DNA of 40,874 bases. It comes from a virus (lineage: Duplodnaviria; Caudoviricetes). Shown here piece after piece: positions 1-10,300 of the stretch. The position numbers were made by a program, and so were the translations under genes. The notes beneath the pieces were generated by a model. The model had not been told where the DNA came from, ran no database searches, and saw only the letters and a list, made by a program, of their open reading frames with translations. The stretch covers positions 1 through 40,874 of the IMG/VR virus record IMGVR_UViG_3300028923_000041. The stretch is one strand, 5' to 3'. How positions within the stretch are numbered: the first letter of the stretch is position 1; each line of letters begins with the position of its first letter.

Positions 1-23
1 ATCCAATGTCAATCAAACGCCCT

Positions 24-1187
24 CTAAACAAACTTCCTGCGGGGCCGGAACTCTCCGTCAATGGTGACGGTCCCGGTTCCCGAAAGTGTGGCTGTCTTGG
101 AGCCGCCTGCCGGGATAGTTGGGACTCCGCCGTCCTCTATCCAGCGTTCGACCTCGAATTTGATCGAGCCTATATTCAAGTACTTCCCAGCAGTCCCTGA
201 TCCACAGATAAACCGCACATAGACATCAGTCATGTACTTGGAGCCATTCAGGATGTACTCCGTCGCGCCGCTCTCGAAATCGTCTTGATCAAGTACAGTC
301 TGCCAGCTCACACCATCAGGTGAGATCTGCACATAAGCCAAGCCATCTGCCCCACCGGAATCCAGCGAGAGGTCTGCCGTCATTACTATTGGCTTTTTCA
401 CAGGATTCGGCCCGGAGAGCTTGTAGTAGGCGCTCTCTCCATCATCTAGCTCTATGTGGTCGGTGTCGAAAGTTCCATCTCCGGTTGTATCATTCCCCCA
501 TTGTGTGCCGCTGGTGATGGGGTCCTCATAGACTTCTGTCAGCTTGTTCTCATTCCCACAGAGAGTCCAAATCTCGTTCGTGAGGGCATCATCGCAGATA
601 GTGAGTGCCACGGCACAATCAGCTATGGTATGTACCAGATCAGATACATGGCCCGCATTGTATGCACAGGTAATTTCCAGGACCTCCAGGGGGCAGGGCA
701 TGTAGCCATCAGCATTACTGAGGGCGGAGGATGTCTCAGGCAAGGCTTGGCTGGTAGCAGTCCAACTGTCTGTGGTGGCTGCATAGCTGTAGGGACTATA
801 GAAATAGCATGTCACCTCATATGCATACTGAATGTAATCCATCGATTCAGAGTTCAGTTTCGTCTGCTGGGCAGATATCCCCCACACTCGGAAATACCAC
901 GAGTTGGAGCGAAGATAGAAGGCCAGATCCACACCATTCTCCTCATCGAAGTCCGGATTGTCGGGCCCGTTTTCCCAACAATATTTCAGGAAAACACTAG
1001 CATCTGCCTCTGAATCGAAGACTACTGAAAAGGACACTGAGCCGCCTTTCGGCTCATCCCTCCGGTTGGCGGTCTCCAGTGATGTAGCCCCTACCTGTTT
1101 TACGGACCAAATGCCACCGCTAAATTTAAAGCCGCCATAGACGCGATTTGATAAATTTTGAGTTCCTAAGTAGATATATTGTGACAT
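24..1187 (-). CDS. Distal tail (Dit)-like / tail-tip protein with inserted beta-sandwich domain
   Basis: 387 aa in the tail module. N-terminal FSVVF...YEVTCYFYSPYSY and C-terminal IPAGGSKTATLSGTGTVTIDGEFRPR resemble siphovirus Dit termini. Confidence 0.5.
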   Translation of the reverse strand: MSQYIYLGTQNLSNRVYGGFKFSGGIWSVKQVGATSLETANRRDEPKGGSVSFSVVFDSEADASVFLKYCWENGPDNPDFDEENGVDLAFYLRSNSWYFRVWGISAQQTKLNSESMDYIQYAYEVTCYFYSPYSYAATTDSWTATSQALPETSSALSNADGYMPCPLEVLEITCAYNAGHVSDLVHTIADCAVALTICDDALTNEIWTLCGNENKLTEVYEDPITSGTQWGNDTTGDGTFDTDHIELDDGESAYYKLSGPNPVKKPIVMTADLSLDSGGADGLAYVQISPDGVSWQTVLDQDDFESGATEYILNGSKYMTDVYVRFICGSGTAGKYLNIGSIKFEVERWIEDGGVPTIPAGGSKTATLSGTGTVTIDGEFRPRRKFV

Positions 1188-1245
1188 TTATGCACCGCCA
1201 TATGACCGAAAAAGCTAAATAATATCACAGATAATTAGCTATGTT

Positions 1246-1626
1246 ATGAAATTGACCACTTTGGCTTTAGTCCTGCTGCTTTCTGCAGGCGTCGCCCCTG
1301 CTGCCAAATGGGGCTATATGGTGAATGAGTCAGACATGAGCACCTTTCAGGCCTTGGCCGAGCCCACCTGGCAGGAAGTTCAAGCCGCCGGGCCCGTCTT
1401 GGGTGTAGTGCCGGACGTGGCCAGGGTGATAGCTGCCGCAAACCAGACCGAACCGTACACCTGGCAGATCAACGAGACTACCTACTGGAAGTCCTGGAAT
1501 AATATGCAATGGCATATGAAGCCCTATCCGGCCCTGCCGTTCCAATCTCCGGAGATCCCCATGTCCCACATCACCATATGGCACGCTTCGGGAGACTTCT
1601 ACCTGGTAGGGGCTACCCGGGCCTAA
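1246..1626 (+). CDS. Secreted protein, antisense insertion (moron) in the tail operon
   Basis: 126 aa with signal peptide MKLTTLALVLLLSAGVAPA and 3 sequons (NES, NQT, NET). Fills the gap between two minus-strand genes; AT-rich upstream region. Confidence 0.75.
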   Translation: MKLTTLALVLLLSAGVAPAAKWGYMVNESDMSTFQALAEPTWQEVQAAGPVLGVVPDVARVIAAANQTEPYTWQINETTYWKSWNNMQWHMKPYPALPFQSPEIPMSHITIWHASGDFYLVGATRA

Positions 1627-4517
1627 TCTTCCTCTATACATTTTTGTGATGCTCTATATTGCTTCACCTTCTCTGTCATCGATGAATATCCAGTATAGCC
1701 GAATCTAGCGGTCTCTATCGCGTTTTCTGTGTCGGCTGACTCGCTCATACTGCAAAAGTCTGTGATATCCCGCTCGATAGTCGATGAATCCGGAGATATT
1801 CTCATACGGCCCGGAGGGATTACGACACCATTCAACGTTGTCTCTACGAACCCATCCATTCCTGCCGAATAATCACCGGAGTCGAACGAGAATGACAGCT
1901 CATGAATCACTACCAGGCCATTATCTCCCCTGGCATTCTCCTTCTTGATGGTGAAACTGGTCACAGTGGAGCCGTCTATCTCTGTTTCCTGCACAGGTTC
2001 AGCATCAGAAGCTATATCGAGCTTCAGGTATTGCCCGAACGCATCCGAAGCCGTGAATGCTTGCTTTCCCGTGGTAATTTTCATCGACTGATAGCCGGTG
2101 TATTCAATCTTTTGTATTCGTTGAGGATAATCGGTGCAGACATCTTCCTTGGTGACCCAGACGTGATCCCCCACCCTCAAGCAGAAATCAACATCTTCAG
2201 AGGTAATCTCAAAGGAGTAGTCATTGTTGGCAATCACATCGGCTATCTTGGCCCGCATCTCTTCATTCGATAGATCTGACTCTTCGCAGATCTTGATGAG
2301 CTGAGGTCTGAGCGATACATCCCAATCAGTATCTAGCTGCGGAGTCTGCACAACTCCAGTATCACCGCTCTTCACCCCGATACATGCCTGGCAATTTGGC
2401 TCTGTCTGACCCTTGAATTTTACCTGGCAATTTGTACCGTGGATGAACTTCTTTATGGGGGTGGTCGATGATCCCCTTGAGATCTCGCTGGCCGCATTAA
2501 ATTGCACAGTGCCATCCTGGTCAGGAAGGAATTGAATCTCTTTGCCGAGCTTTTCAAACAGGTCTTGCAGGCTCTTGGAAGCCTTTCCTCGCAGAGAAAG
2601 ATCTGTGCCGCTCTTCCAATCGCCTATATCGATTGTGCCAAGCCTGATCTTTGTATCGCACCAATTCCAGGCCGCTACCAGGAAGGCATTCGGCCAATAA
2701 GAGCCATCACCGAATTTGATATAGAGATCGGCAGAATCTCGGACGTACTCGTTGTTGCTCAGAGCAGCCACGTTTGCGGCCATCCTGAGCCGCTTAATAC
2801 CATCAATCAGATAGCTATCCACTGCTCCCTCGCCGCTCTGGGGATTGGAAGCGCAGGCATATAGCTCATGGCTGCCTATCGCACTTCCATATCCAGCCCC
2901 GGCCAGTTTCGCTACCGTGGAAGAATATGCTTCCCAGAGGCCATTGGGAATGCAAGAATTGATCCAGAACAATGCTCCTGCGACACAGTATATCATGATG
3001 TGGGTGCTGTCATAGTAGGCGACGTTATCACATTCGATCGGCGGCTCATCGGAAAGTAGGCCGTTCAGATCCGAATATGAGCACGGAGGATAGTGATAAT
3101 CTTCATAGAGCTTCGCCGAGCTGTAGACGCCACAGGCTCTCAGATCTGAAAGAAAAGCGAAATCTGGGATGTAGCGATAATCGAGAAGCCATTGCTGGGC
3201 CTTGCAGGTGATTTTGAGCAGCGGCCCGGATTCCTCGCGTTTCGTTATCACGCCATGAAAAATGTGCTCGCCGCTGTTTACGAGGATTACTTCCGCATAG
3301 TCTGGAGCAGGCACGTCCGGCATTATCAGGAATGCCAGCTCATCTGGTGTGATGGTGGGGCTCTGGGCATTCTTCTTGAGGCTGGTGAGCCGTCCAGGGA
3401 TCTTCGAGTATCCAGGCAACCTGACCTTGTAGGTGATTTTGCAGTATACTTGAGAGCACCGGGAATAGCCGCTCGTGCTGGAGTTCTTCATGGCGATACC
3501 ATGGCACAGCTCATTGGCCTCTTCGCGTGTCCAGGACAGGCCGGTAGCTGGGTTCGTGGTCCAAGTGTCAGTATATTCTACCGGAGAGGTTGTGAGGGCC
3601 CGTTCAGTGCCGTAGTATTCCGTCCCATGAGTCCGCAGTACTGCCTTTGAGTTTCCGGTGTAGCTGGCACTGCTCTTCCACGCAGTGTGCTTGATGATTA
3701 CAGATAATACCTCTTCCGCCTCATGGGGGATGGGCCGGATAGCCGAAAGCACAGTCTTGTAGTTGGTGGCGTTCGTCTGAGCATAGATATTGCTGTCAGC
3801 TATCTCCCCATTCAAGAAGGCATAGGCCATGCTGGTGTTGTCATTGGTGGTGAGGGCCACGGAAACATCTGAGCTCGGCCTGATAGTGACCTCTTTCTCG
3901 ATACCGTTGACCGTGAATGTGATCACTGCTTTGCATTCCAGGACCGCAGTCAGAGAATAGCTTGCCGCGCCGGTTATCTTGAATCCTGCGTTGAGGGCGT
4001 TCACAGTAGCCCAGGTCCAGGCCGCTGCCGTGTAAGGATCCTGGGCATAGTCTGTTTTCCGCCAGGTGGGCCGAGCATAATTGAGATTGGGGACGTAGTT
4101 GCTGCCATCGTAATTCTTTTGGCTCCTGAAGCTGGTTACGGCATCGCCTTCATAGGCGCTGCCGCCTACTGAGAGAACCGTCTTCGCGTTGCCAATGGCT
4201 TCAGAGTTCCCGTAGGTGGTGAGCACAAGAATCCAGATGGCGACATTGGTGATAGTCCCTGACGAGATGCCTGTAGACGGAAAACCAAAAATGTCAGTGG
4301 CCGTAGTGGCGCTGTTATATTTCCTCAAGTCGCCTCTATAAGGCGGCCAGGGGCGACAGACTCGCAGATAATGAGCAGAACCGATTACTCCTGTTAACTC
4401 TGCCGCACAGGCGGCAGTGACCTTGAAGTCGTTTATAGGCCGCCTGATAACTATCCTTTCGCAGGATAGATTGCCCTTCTTCATATCGAGAAAATATAAA
4501 CCGTCTTCAAGAGACAT
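1623..4517 (-). CDS. Tail-tip / baseplate hub (Tal-like) protein, paralog A
   Basis: 964 aa downstream of the TMP. Hub-like segments (PDELAFLI...IFHGVITKREE...LLDYRYIP; LRVGDHV...RIQKI) and two N-terminal modules with NPATG.WT-type motifs. Confidence 0.65.
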   Translation of the reverse strand: MSLEDGLYFLDMKKGNLSCERIVIRRPINDFKVTAACAAELTGVIGSAHYLRVCRPWPPYRGDLRKYNSATTATDIFGFPSTGISSGTITNVAIWILVLTTYGNSEAIGNAKTVLSVGGSAYEGDAVTSFRSQKNYDGSNYVPNLNYARPTWRKTDYAQDPYTAAAWTWATVNALNAGFKITGAASYSLTAVLECKAVITFTVNGIEKEVTIRPSSDVSVALTTNDNTSMAYAFLNGEIADSNIYAQTNATNYKTVLSAIRPIPHEAEEVLSVIIKHTAWKSSASYTGNSKAVLRTHGTEYYGTERALTTSPVEYTDTWTTNPATGLSWTREEANELCHGIAMKNSSTSGYSRCSQVYCKITYKVRLPGYSKIPGRLTSLKKNAQSPTITPDELAFLIMPDVPAPDYAEVILVNSGEHIFHGVITKREESGPLLKITCKAQQWLLDYRYIPDFAFLSDLRACGVYSSAKLYEDYHYPPCSYSDLNGLLSDEPPIECDNVAYYDSTHIMIYCVAGALFWINSCIPNGLWEAYSSTVAKLAGAGYGSAIGSHELYACASNPQSGEGAVDSYLIDGIKRLRMAANVAALSNNEYVRDSADLYIKFGDGSYWPNAFLVAAWNWCDTKIRLGTIDIGDWKSGTDLSLRGKASKSLQDLFEKLGKEIQFLPDQDGTVQFNAASEISRGSSTTPIKKFIHGTNCQVKFKGQTEPNCQACIGVKSGDTGVVQTPQLDTDWDVSLRPQLIKICEESDLSNEEMRAKIADVIANNDYSFEITSEDVDFCLRVGDHVWVTKEDVCTDYPQRIQKIEYTGYQSMKITTGKQAFTASDAFGQYLKLDIASDAEPVQETEIDGSTVTSFTIKKENARGDNGLVVIHELSFSFDSGDYSAGMDGFVETTLNGVVIPPGRMRISPDSSTIERDITDFCSMSESADTENAIETARFGYTGYSSMTEKVKQYRASQKCIEED
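3993..4022. repeat. Exact 30 bp direct repeat, copy 1 (GAGGGCGTTCACAGTAGCCCAGGTCCAGGC)
   Basis: Identical to 6889-6918; encodes AWTWATVNAL in both tail paralogs. Confidence 0.9.
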
Positions 4518-7332
4518 TAACTACCCCCACTATTCTCTTAATTTGGCTGATAGTCGCACTAATTTTATGGCAGAACACGGTCGTCGACGCTGGAACGCCA
4601 TTGGCGAGCACAAAGGCAATAGTGTTCGTTGTGTCTGCAGTCGATGACGCGGAGCAAAAATCAGTAATATCAATGGAAAGCGAACCCGTATTTCCCTCTA
4701 CCTTGAACCGCCCGGGAGGTATGACCTTTCCATTCAGGACTATCCTAAGCCACAGATCCATGCTGCACGGATATTCTGCCGTCACGCCCGATGCTTTCCA
4801 GAGCTGCCATGACACATCCAGTCGGCAAGCCCAGTCTGTGCCGTAGCCGTAATGCGAGAAGTAAACCAAAAATGTAGTAGAGCCAGTCGGGCCGGTGAGG
4901 TCCGCGGTCTTGGATGCGACCACATGCTCAGTTTTGAGTGATCCTCTGGCGGCTCTCCATGCACCCCACTGGTCGTTGATGCTTTGCAGGGACTTTCCGG
5001 CAACGATCAAGCTCCTCTTTCCGGCTATCGTGATTTTCGATACGCGCGCCGACTCAGGACCCTCGTCTTTGGCCTGCGCTGCAATCCAATCACCTGGGCG
5101 AAGGAGGTATTCTTCTTCATCACTCTCAATCTTGTAGGTGGACTCATCGATGTCTGCATAGAAGTCCAGGTAATCTCTCATATCCGGCCCTTCATAGCTG
5201 CCGTTCTGCACGATTTCGATTATTTTGCCATTTTTCCAGTCAGAGAGGGCCTGAGGAATATCCCCCTCCGCCACAACACAACTTGCAGCAGGCTTCGATG
5301 GAATGCTCTTTGATATCTTGCATCCCCGACCGTGAACAAAGGTTTGTAGGGGCACCGCCTCCGAGCCTCTGGCATTCTCTTCTTTGGCCGTCATCAGGAC
5401 TTTGCCACGGCCATCTGGTATGAAGGCCAGCTCACAACCCATTCTTTCAAAGAAATCATCGAAATTCTTAGAGGCCTGTCCCCCAAAATTATACGGAAAC
5501 TGTAGATAGTACTCATCGAAATCACATTCGCCTGGTCGGATGTGGGTATCATTCCAGTGATCCGCTAAGAGGAACATAGCATCTGGATGATAGGGCGAGC
5601 CTAAAGCATATGGAAGGGGCCGATAGACATAGAGGTCGTTCTCATCAAGATAAAATTCATGGAGGGCCAGCGCAGAGGAAGCTGCTTTTCGGAGCCTGTG
5701 CAAGCCTCCTGCATCATCTGCAGAGGTCGTATAGAGCGGATAGTGACCAAAATGGTATAGCGCTCTATTCCTTATCAGGTTGGCTATGCCGGCATACTTT
5801 CCTACAGTGGTAGATTCTATGCTTCCCGCTGGTGGAAACAGGGCCGAATTCAGTATGAAGAATATACCGCTGTTGTTTTGTTTTGCGGCGCTGTAAGCAG
5901 ATCCTGCTGAATCTCGATACCGATGCCTCCAGCCGCAATATTCCGGCGCTTCATCAGAAAGCATCTCCCCGATGGTCCAGGTCCTCCATGACAGGACGTT
6001 GTAAGTAGTCCAGGGCACGCAGAAAAATGCCCATTGTGGAATGTAACGATAATCTAAGAGGATTTGCTGAGATTTGGCCCATATGTAGGTCTCGTTGCTC
6101 TTTTCTTTGACCTGCCAGACAATGCCCTGCCAGACCGTCGCGCCCTGCCAGAAGAGGATTATCTCGGTGCGCTCCGGCAAGAAGTTACCTCTCGGTAGGT
6201 AGAATTTGAGGTCATCTGGTGTGATAGGATTCTGTGTGTTCAGTGTGAGGCTTTCGATGGTGGCTGGCAACTTCGTGAAAGACGTGATTTCTGGTGCAGT
6301 GCTGTAAGTGATGTCTGCATATAGTCTGTGAATATTGAGCTGAACGGTCTTGCTGGTATTTGTGCTTCGGGCTGTCAGGCCATAGACCAGGCTGGCCAGA
6401 TCGTAGAGTGTCCAGGGCAGGCCCGTGGCCGGATTCGTGACCCACTCATAAGTGTAGCTGGCGGCTGTAGAGGAGATATCGTATTCATCTCCATAATAGT
6501 AGGCTCCATTGACATACACAAAGGGCTTTACCTTTCCTATTCCCGCCGTGCCTACTGTGCCGTTGACCTGATAATTCACTACCAGGCCGCTAATTTCGGA
6601 ATTAGACGGCGGCAGCTCAGATAAGATGGTCTTGTAAAAAATGGGGTTGGCCGATGATGTGGCAGCTCCGTAAATATAGGGGGTTGCCGGGACGGAAGCG
6701 GCCCAGGTGCGTGTAATGTGACTGTTGAAAAGAGCGCACCAGACTAAAGTCACCAGGCCGGTAGATACATCAGAAGTCGGTGATAGTTCTACCTGTCTGG
6801 CTATGCCGTCACTGTCGATATAATCCACGATCGCCTTGAGGACGCGGCATCGGCTAATCTGGTGCATGTCCATCCAGACGCCGGCCTGGAGGGCGTTCAC
6901 AGTAGCCCAGGTCCAGGCTATGCCAGTGGCCGGATTAGTCGCATAGTCTGTGTGCTTCCAGATCCACTTCGCATAGGTGTTGCGCTCTTCGCCGTAGTAT
7001 GTGGTCCCGCTCAGCTTGATAGCGGTTTTGCAAAGACCAAATTCAAAAATCCAGATAGCGACATTGGTGATGGTGCCGGAGCTGATGCCTGTAGACGGAA
7101 AGCCGAAGAGATCTGTGGAGCTCGCCGAGGTGTTATGTTCCAGCATCGACAGGGCGTTTTCCCGCACGAAATGATAATGGGGAAGCGATGTCCAGACAGA
7201 CTTTGCCACAGCCTCGAAAGAGCCTGTTCCGGCAGCATTGATATCCAAATCAGTGTAAGCGGAGCACTGAAGGACTTTAGTCGGGCCCGGCGTACCCAGG
7301 CCGCGATTGATGAGATATAGGCCATGCTTCAT
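4507..7332 (-). CDS. Tail-tip / baseplate hub (Tal-like) protein, paralog B
   Basis: 941 aa, overlaps the TMP stop. Colinear with paralog A (FGFPSTGISSGTITNVAIWI, AWTWATVNAL, ITPD.L.F, QQ.LLDYRYIP, LNG.VIPPGR, DITDFCS). Confidence 0.65.
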   Translation of the reverse strand: MKHGLYLINRGLGTPGPTKVLQCSAYTDLDINAAGTGSFEAVAKSVWTSLPHYHFVRENALSMLEHNTSASSTDLFGFPSTGISSGTITNVAIWIFEFGLCKTAIKLSGTTYYGEERNTYAKWIWKHTDYATNPATGIAWTWATVNALQAGVWMDMHQISRCRVLKAIVDYIDSDGIARQVELSPTSDVSTGLVTLVWCALFNSHITRTWAASVPATPYIYGAATSSANPIFYKTILSELPPSNSEISGLVVNYQVNGTVGTAGIGKVKPFVYVNGAYYYGDEYDISSTAASYTYEWVTNPATGLPWTLYDLASLVYGLTARSTNTSKTVQLNIHRLYADITYSTAPEITSFTKLPATIESLTLNTQNPITPDDLKFYLPRGNFLPERTEIILFWQGATVWQGIVWQVKEKSNETYIWAKSQQILLDYRYIPQWAFFCVPWTTYNVLSWRTWTIGEMLSDEAPEYCGWRHRYRDSAGSAYSAAKQNNSGIFFILNSALFPPAGSIESTTVGKYAGIANLIRNRALYHFGHYPLYTTSADDAGGLHRLRKAASSALALHEFYLDENDLYVYRPLPYALGSPYHPDAMFLLADHWNDTHIRPGECDFDEYYLQFPYNFGGQASKNFDDFFERMGCELAFIPDGRGKVLMTAKEENARGSEAVPLQTFVHGRGCKISKSIPSKPAASCVVAEGDIPQALSDWKNGKIIEIVQNGSYEGPDMRDYLDFYADIDESTYKIESDEEEYLLRPGDWIAAQAKDEGPESARVSKITIAGKRSLIVAGKSLQSINDQWGAWRAARGSLKTEHVVASKTADLTGPTGSTTFLVYFSHYGYGTDWACRLDVSWQLWKASGVTAEYPCSMDLWLRIVLNGKVIPPGRFKVEGNTGSLSIDITDFCSASSTADTTNTIAFVLANGVPASTTVFCHKISATISQIKRIVGVVNVS
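6889..6918. repeat. Exact 30 bp direct repeat, copy 2
   Basis: Identical to 3993-4022. Confidence 0.9.
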
Positions 7333-10300
7333 GCTCTCACATTCGCCAGGGCCTCAATCACCGCATTCTCTACAGCATCCTGTATCTCCCAGGCGTAGGC
7401 ATCAATATCCACAGTGACGTGGACCACTGGGCTAAGGGCGTTGATCTCCCGGACAAACTCGTCTATGGTATCCTGGGCGGCAGATATGTCCAAAGATACC
7501 TTCATGGGATTTATCAAGGTCTGAATCTCATTCAGCTCTGTATGGTAGGTAGTGATCTCTGACTCTATCCGAGTGAGGTCGCTGTCTATGTCAGATGTGT
7601 CTGCCGTTATTTTGATGGTTTTTGTTGTCTCTGCTGTGGATGCTACGGTCGAATCAGTCGAGAGCCAATCTATCCCCCCTACATTGGTAGTGGCAAGATC
7701 CAGTATATCGGTGTCTCCAGTAGTCTCTACCGAAACTTTAAGCGTGCGAGCAGATGCTATTTTAGCATCCAGTGTCTCCAGCGCAGTATTGGCTTCTACA
7801 GTGTCAGCATTTATGAGTATAGTCCGTATCTCGTCTTCGGACCTACCGGATTTGTTCACCAGCCAATCGTAATAGCCGGAAGTGGGGCCGATATACGAAC
7901 TATAAAACATGGTTTCCTCGAAATCGCTTTCCTCCATGGCATAATTGATTTCTTCAACCTCATCGGCTGTTTCGGAGACCTCCTCTTTTAATTCAGCCAA
8001 GGCCGTTCCGGCGTCTATGACTTTGTTTTTATAGTCCGAGATAATACTAAGCTGTCTTTCCGTGAACAGCGACGGCATCTCTTCAGCCGTGTTCTCCATG
8101 TCGTTCATGAAGTTTGTGGCAGATTCGCGTGCCTTACCGTATCCGCTATCCCATTGAGTTGCGAAGTAGTCTATCTCAGATTCAATGGCTGGCTGGAAGG
8201 TATTCTCCATGAAGTCCGGAATGTCCATGACGGTTTCTTTGAACTCTTCTGGATCGGCCAGGATGTCTGCCAGGTCGATCGATCCGGCCACATCTGTCAT
8301 ATCTGTTCCGAGAATGCCGGTTTCAACTCCGCTAGAGAACTCGGTGCCTATTATTTTTCCCGCTTCCTCGTAATCGCCAGCCTTTAGGGCGGCAATGAGT
8401 GCTAATGCTGAATTTCCGCCAATGGCCTCAAACTCCTCCGGGAAGTATTCCTTCAGGTAATTGAGTTCATCTTCCATCCCCAGGAGACTATTAGCTTCAT
8501 CGGTGTCAATGATGCCATCTTCCAGTGCGGATGTAGCTGTGGACTTGAAGCCATCCAGCTCGCTTGTGACGAATGTTTCGGCATCCGTCACCTGCGATGC
8601 TATTTTGGCCTCAAACTCTTCCCCGAATAGCTGATATTCGGATGCATGGAGCGGGTCTTCGGCGGAAAGGGCGGCGATCTCGTCATAGACTTCGCTGAGA
8701 TTCTCAATCATTGGGGACTTCATGTTTTCCAGAAGCCCGTTGTATGCATCGACTGCTGTCTGGCTGGCGGCGGCGGCCACAACGGCCCCCTGGTTCTCTA
8801 GCCGATTGGCCACTTGCTCGCCGTAGTTTTCGACCAGCACGTCATAGTCCAGCTTAATGCTATCGGTTTGGCTGACCAATGCCGCCTCGCCAGTTCGGCC
8901 CTGAAGTGTGAGCGATGTTTCATCTAATAGTGTGGCCTTGGACTGCGAAAACAAATCGCTTATGATATCTTCTGCAGATTCGGAAGTATACGAGCCAGAT
9001 GCCATCTCCTGCCCATCGATTAGGAGTTTGGCGTCTGTGCCCACCTTGGTTCCCACGTAGCTAAGAGTGTACTCTATGCCATCCTGCTGAGCTACTTTTG
9101 CTCCACTCCCCCGGCCAAAAGCACTGCTGTATTCGAATGCGCTTGAACTGCTGTTATTGATTATAGCCAACGTCTCCAGGTCGCTGTATCCGGCCTCGAT
9201 GCCTGACTTGATCTCGCTGGATATAGCGTCTCCCGCGGCTTTTCCGACATCTTCCGCAGAATCCACGGCCAGATCCTTTCCAGCTTCAATGGCCTCGGCT
9301 CCGGCCTCCTGAAGCTTCTCGTTCTCGGCAATCCTGTCTGCTTCGGCCTTGGCGGCTGCGTCCGCCTGCTCTTTTGCTGCCGCTTCCGTATCCAGGATGG
9401 TATTCGCCTTTCCGGCTACGCCGCTCATGAAATCCAGAACGCCCCCAAAACCGTAGGAATCCAGCGTGCTCTCCACGGAGTCCAGAGCACCCGAAGTCAT
9501 GGTCTCGGCGGCGTCCGTGATGTCCAGAGCGTCGCCTATGCTGGTGAATTGGTCCGTGATCCAGTCGATCATATCAGTGATCGTGGACTCGATGGCGTCA
9601 ACTACTCCGGATATGGCATCGCTCGCGGTGCTGAAAGCATCCGATAGCGACTGTATGGTATCCGATTCTGAGACAACTTCAGATATCGATTGCCCGAACG
9701 CGGTCATCACAGCACTCGTGACGCTGAAGGCCTCGCTCACGGCTGTTATGGCCGTGGCTATCCCCCCACCCAACGTGGATGCCACGGGCTGCATAGCAGA
9801 TTCGAATGCAGCGAACCCGCTGATGAGCGTAGAAATTCCTGTCCAGACTATTGTGAGAGGGGCCGTCAGCAGATTGAAGGCCGCTTGCAGGCCAGACATG
9901 GCCCCGGCCCCCTGGCCGATAGCCGCCCAGATGGGTGTGAACATGGCCTGCATGTTCCCGAAAATTGCCTGAGCGACGCTGCCAACCGCAGATATCACAC
10001 TGCTCAGAGCGGCGAATGCCTGGGATCCTGTGACTATGCCACCAAATGACTGAGCTGCCTGGGTGACACCCACCACGAGGCCAGCGAGCCCGCCAGCCGC
10101 AGTGGTGAGTGTCGGCAGGAAGACATTACCCACGGCAACAGAAGCATACGTAACCGCATTGCTCAGGATCTGCATCTGAGCAGAGAAGGTGGCGCTGTTG
10201 GCCTCGAACGTCTTGGCCATGCCGCCGCTTTCCCCGGCTTGGCCTTTGTCCCACTGTGAGATGGATTCCGCCAGGACGGAATTGTATGCATCCTGTTGGC

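Noticed and set aside
3993-7118. Diversity-generating retroelement (TR/VR pair) in the tail genes
   Set aside because: Mismatches between the repeats are mostly synonymous and not adenine-specific, both copies are coding, and no reverse transcriptase is present in the window.
1623-7332. Invertase-driven tail-fibre shufflon
   Set aside because: The repeats are direct rather than inverted, and no serine or tyrosine recombinase is recognisable.
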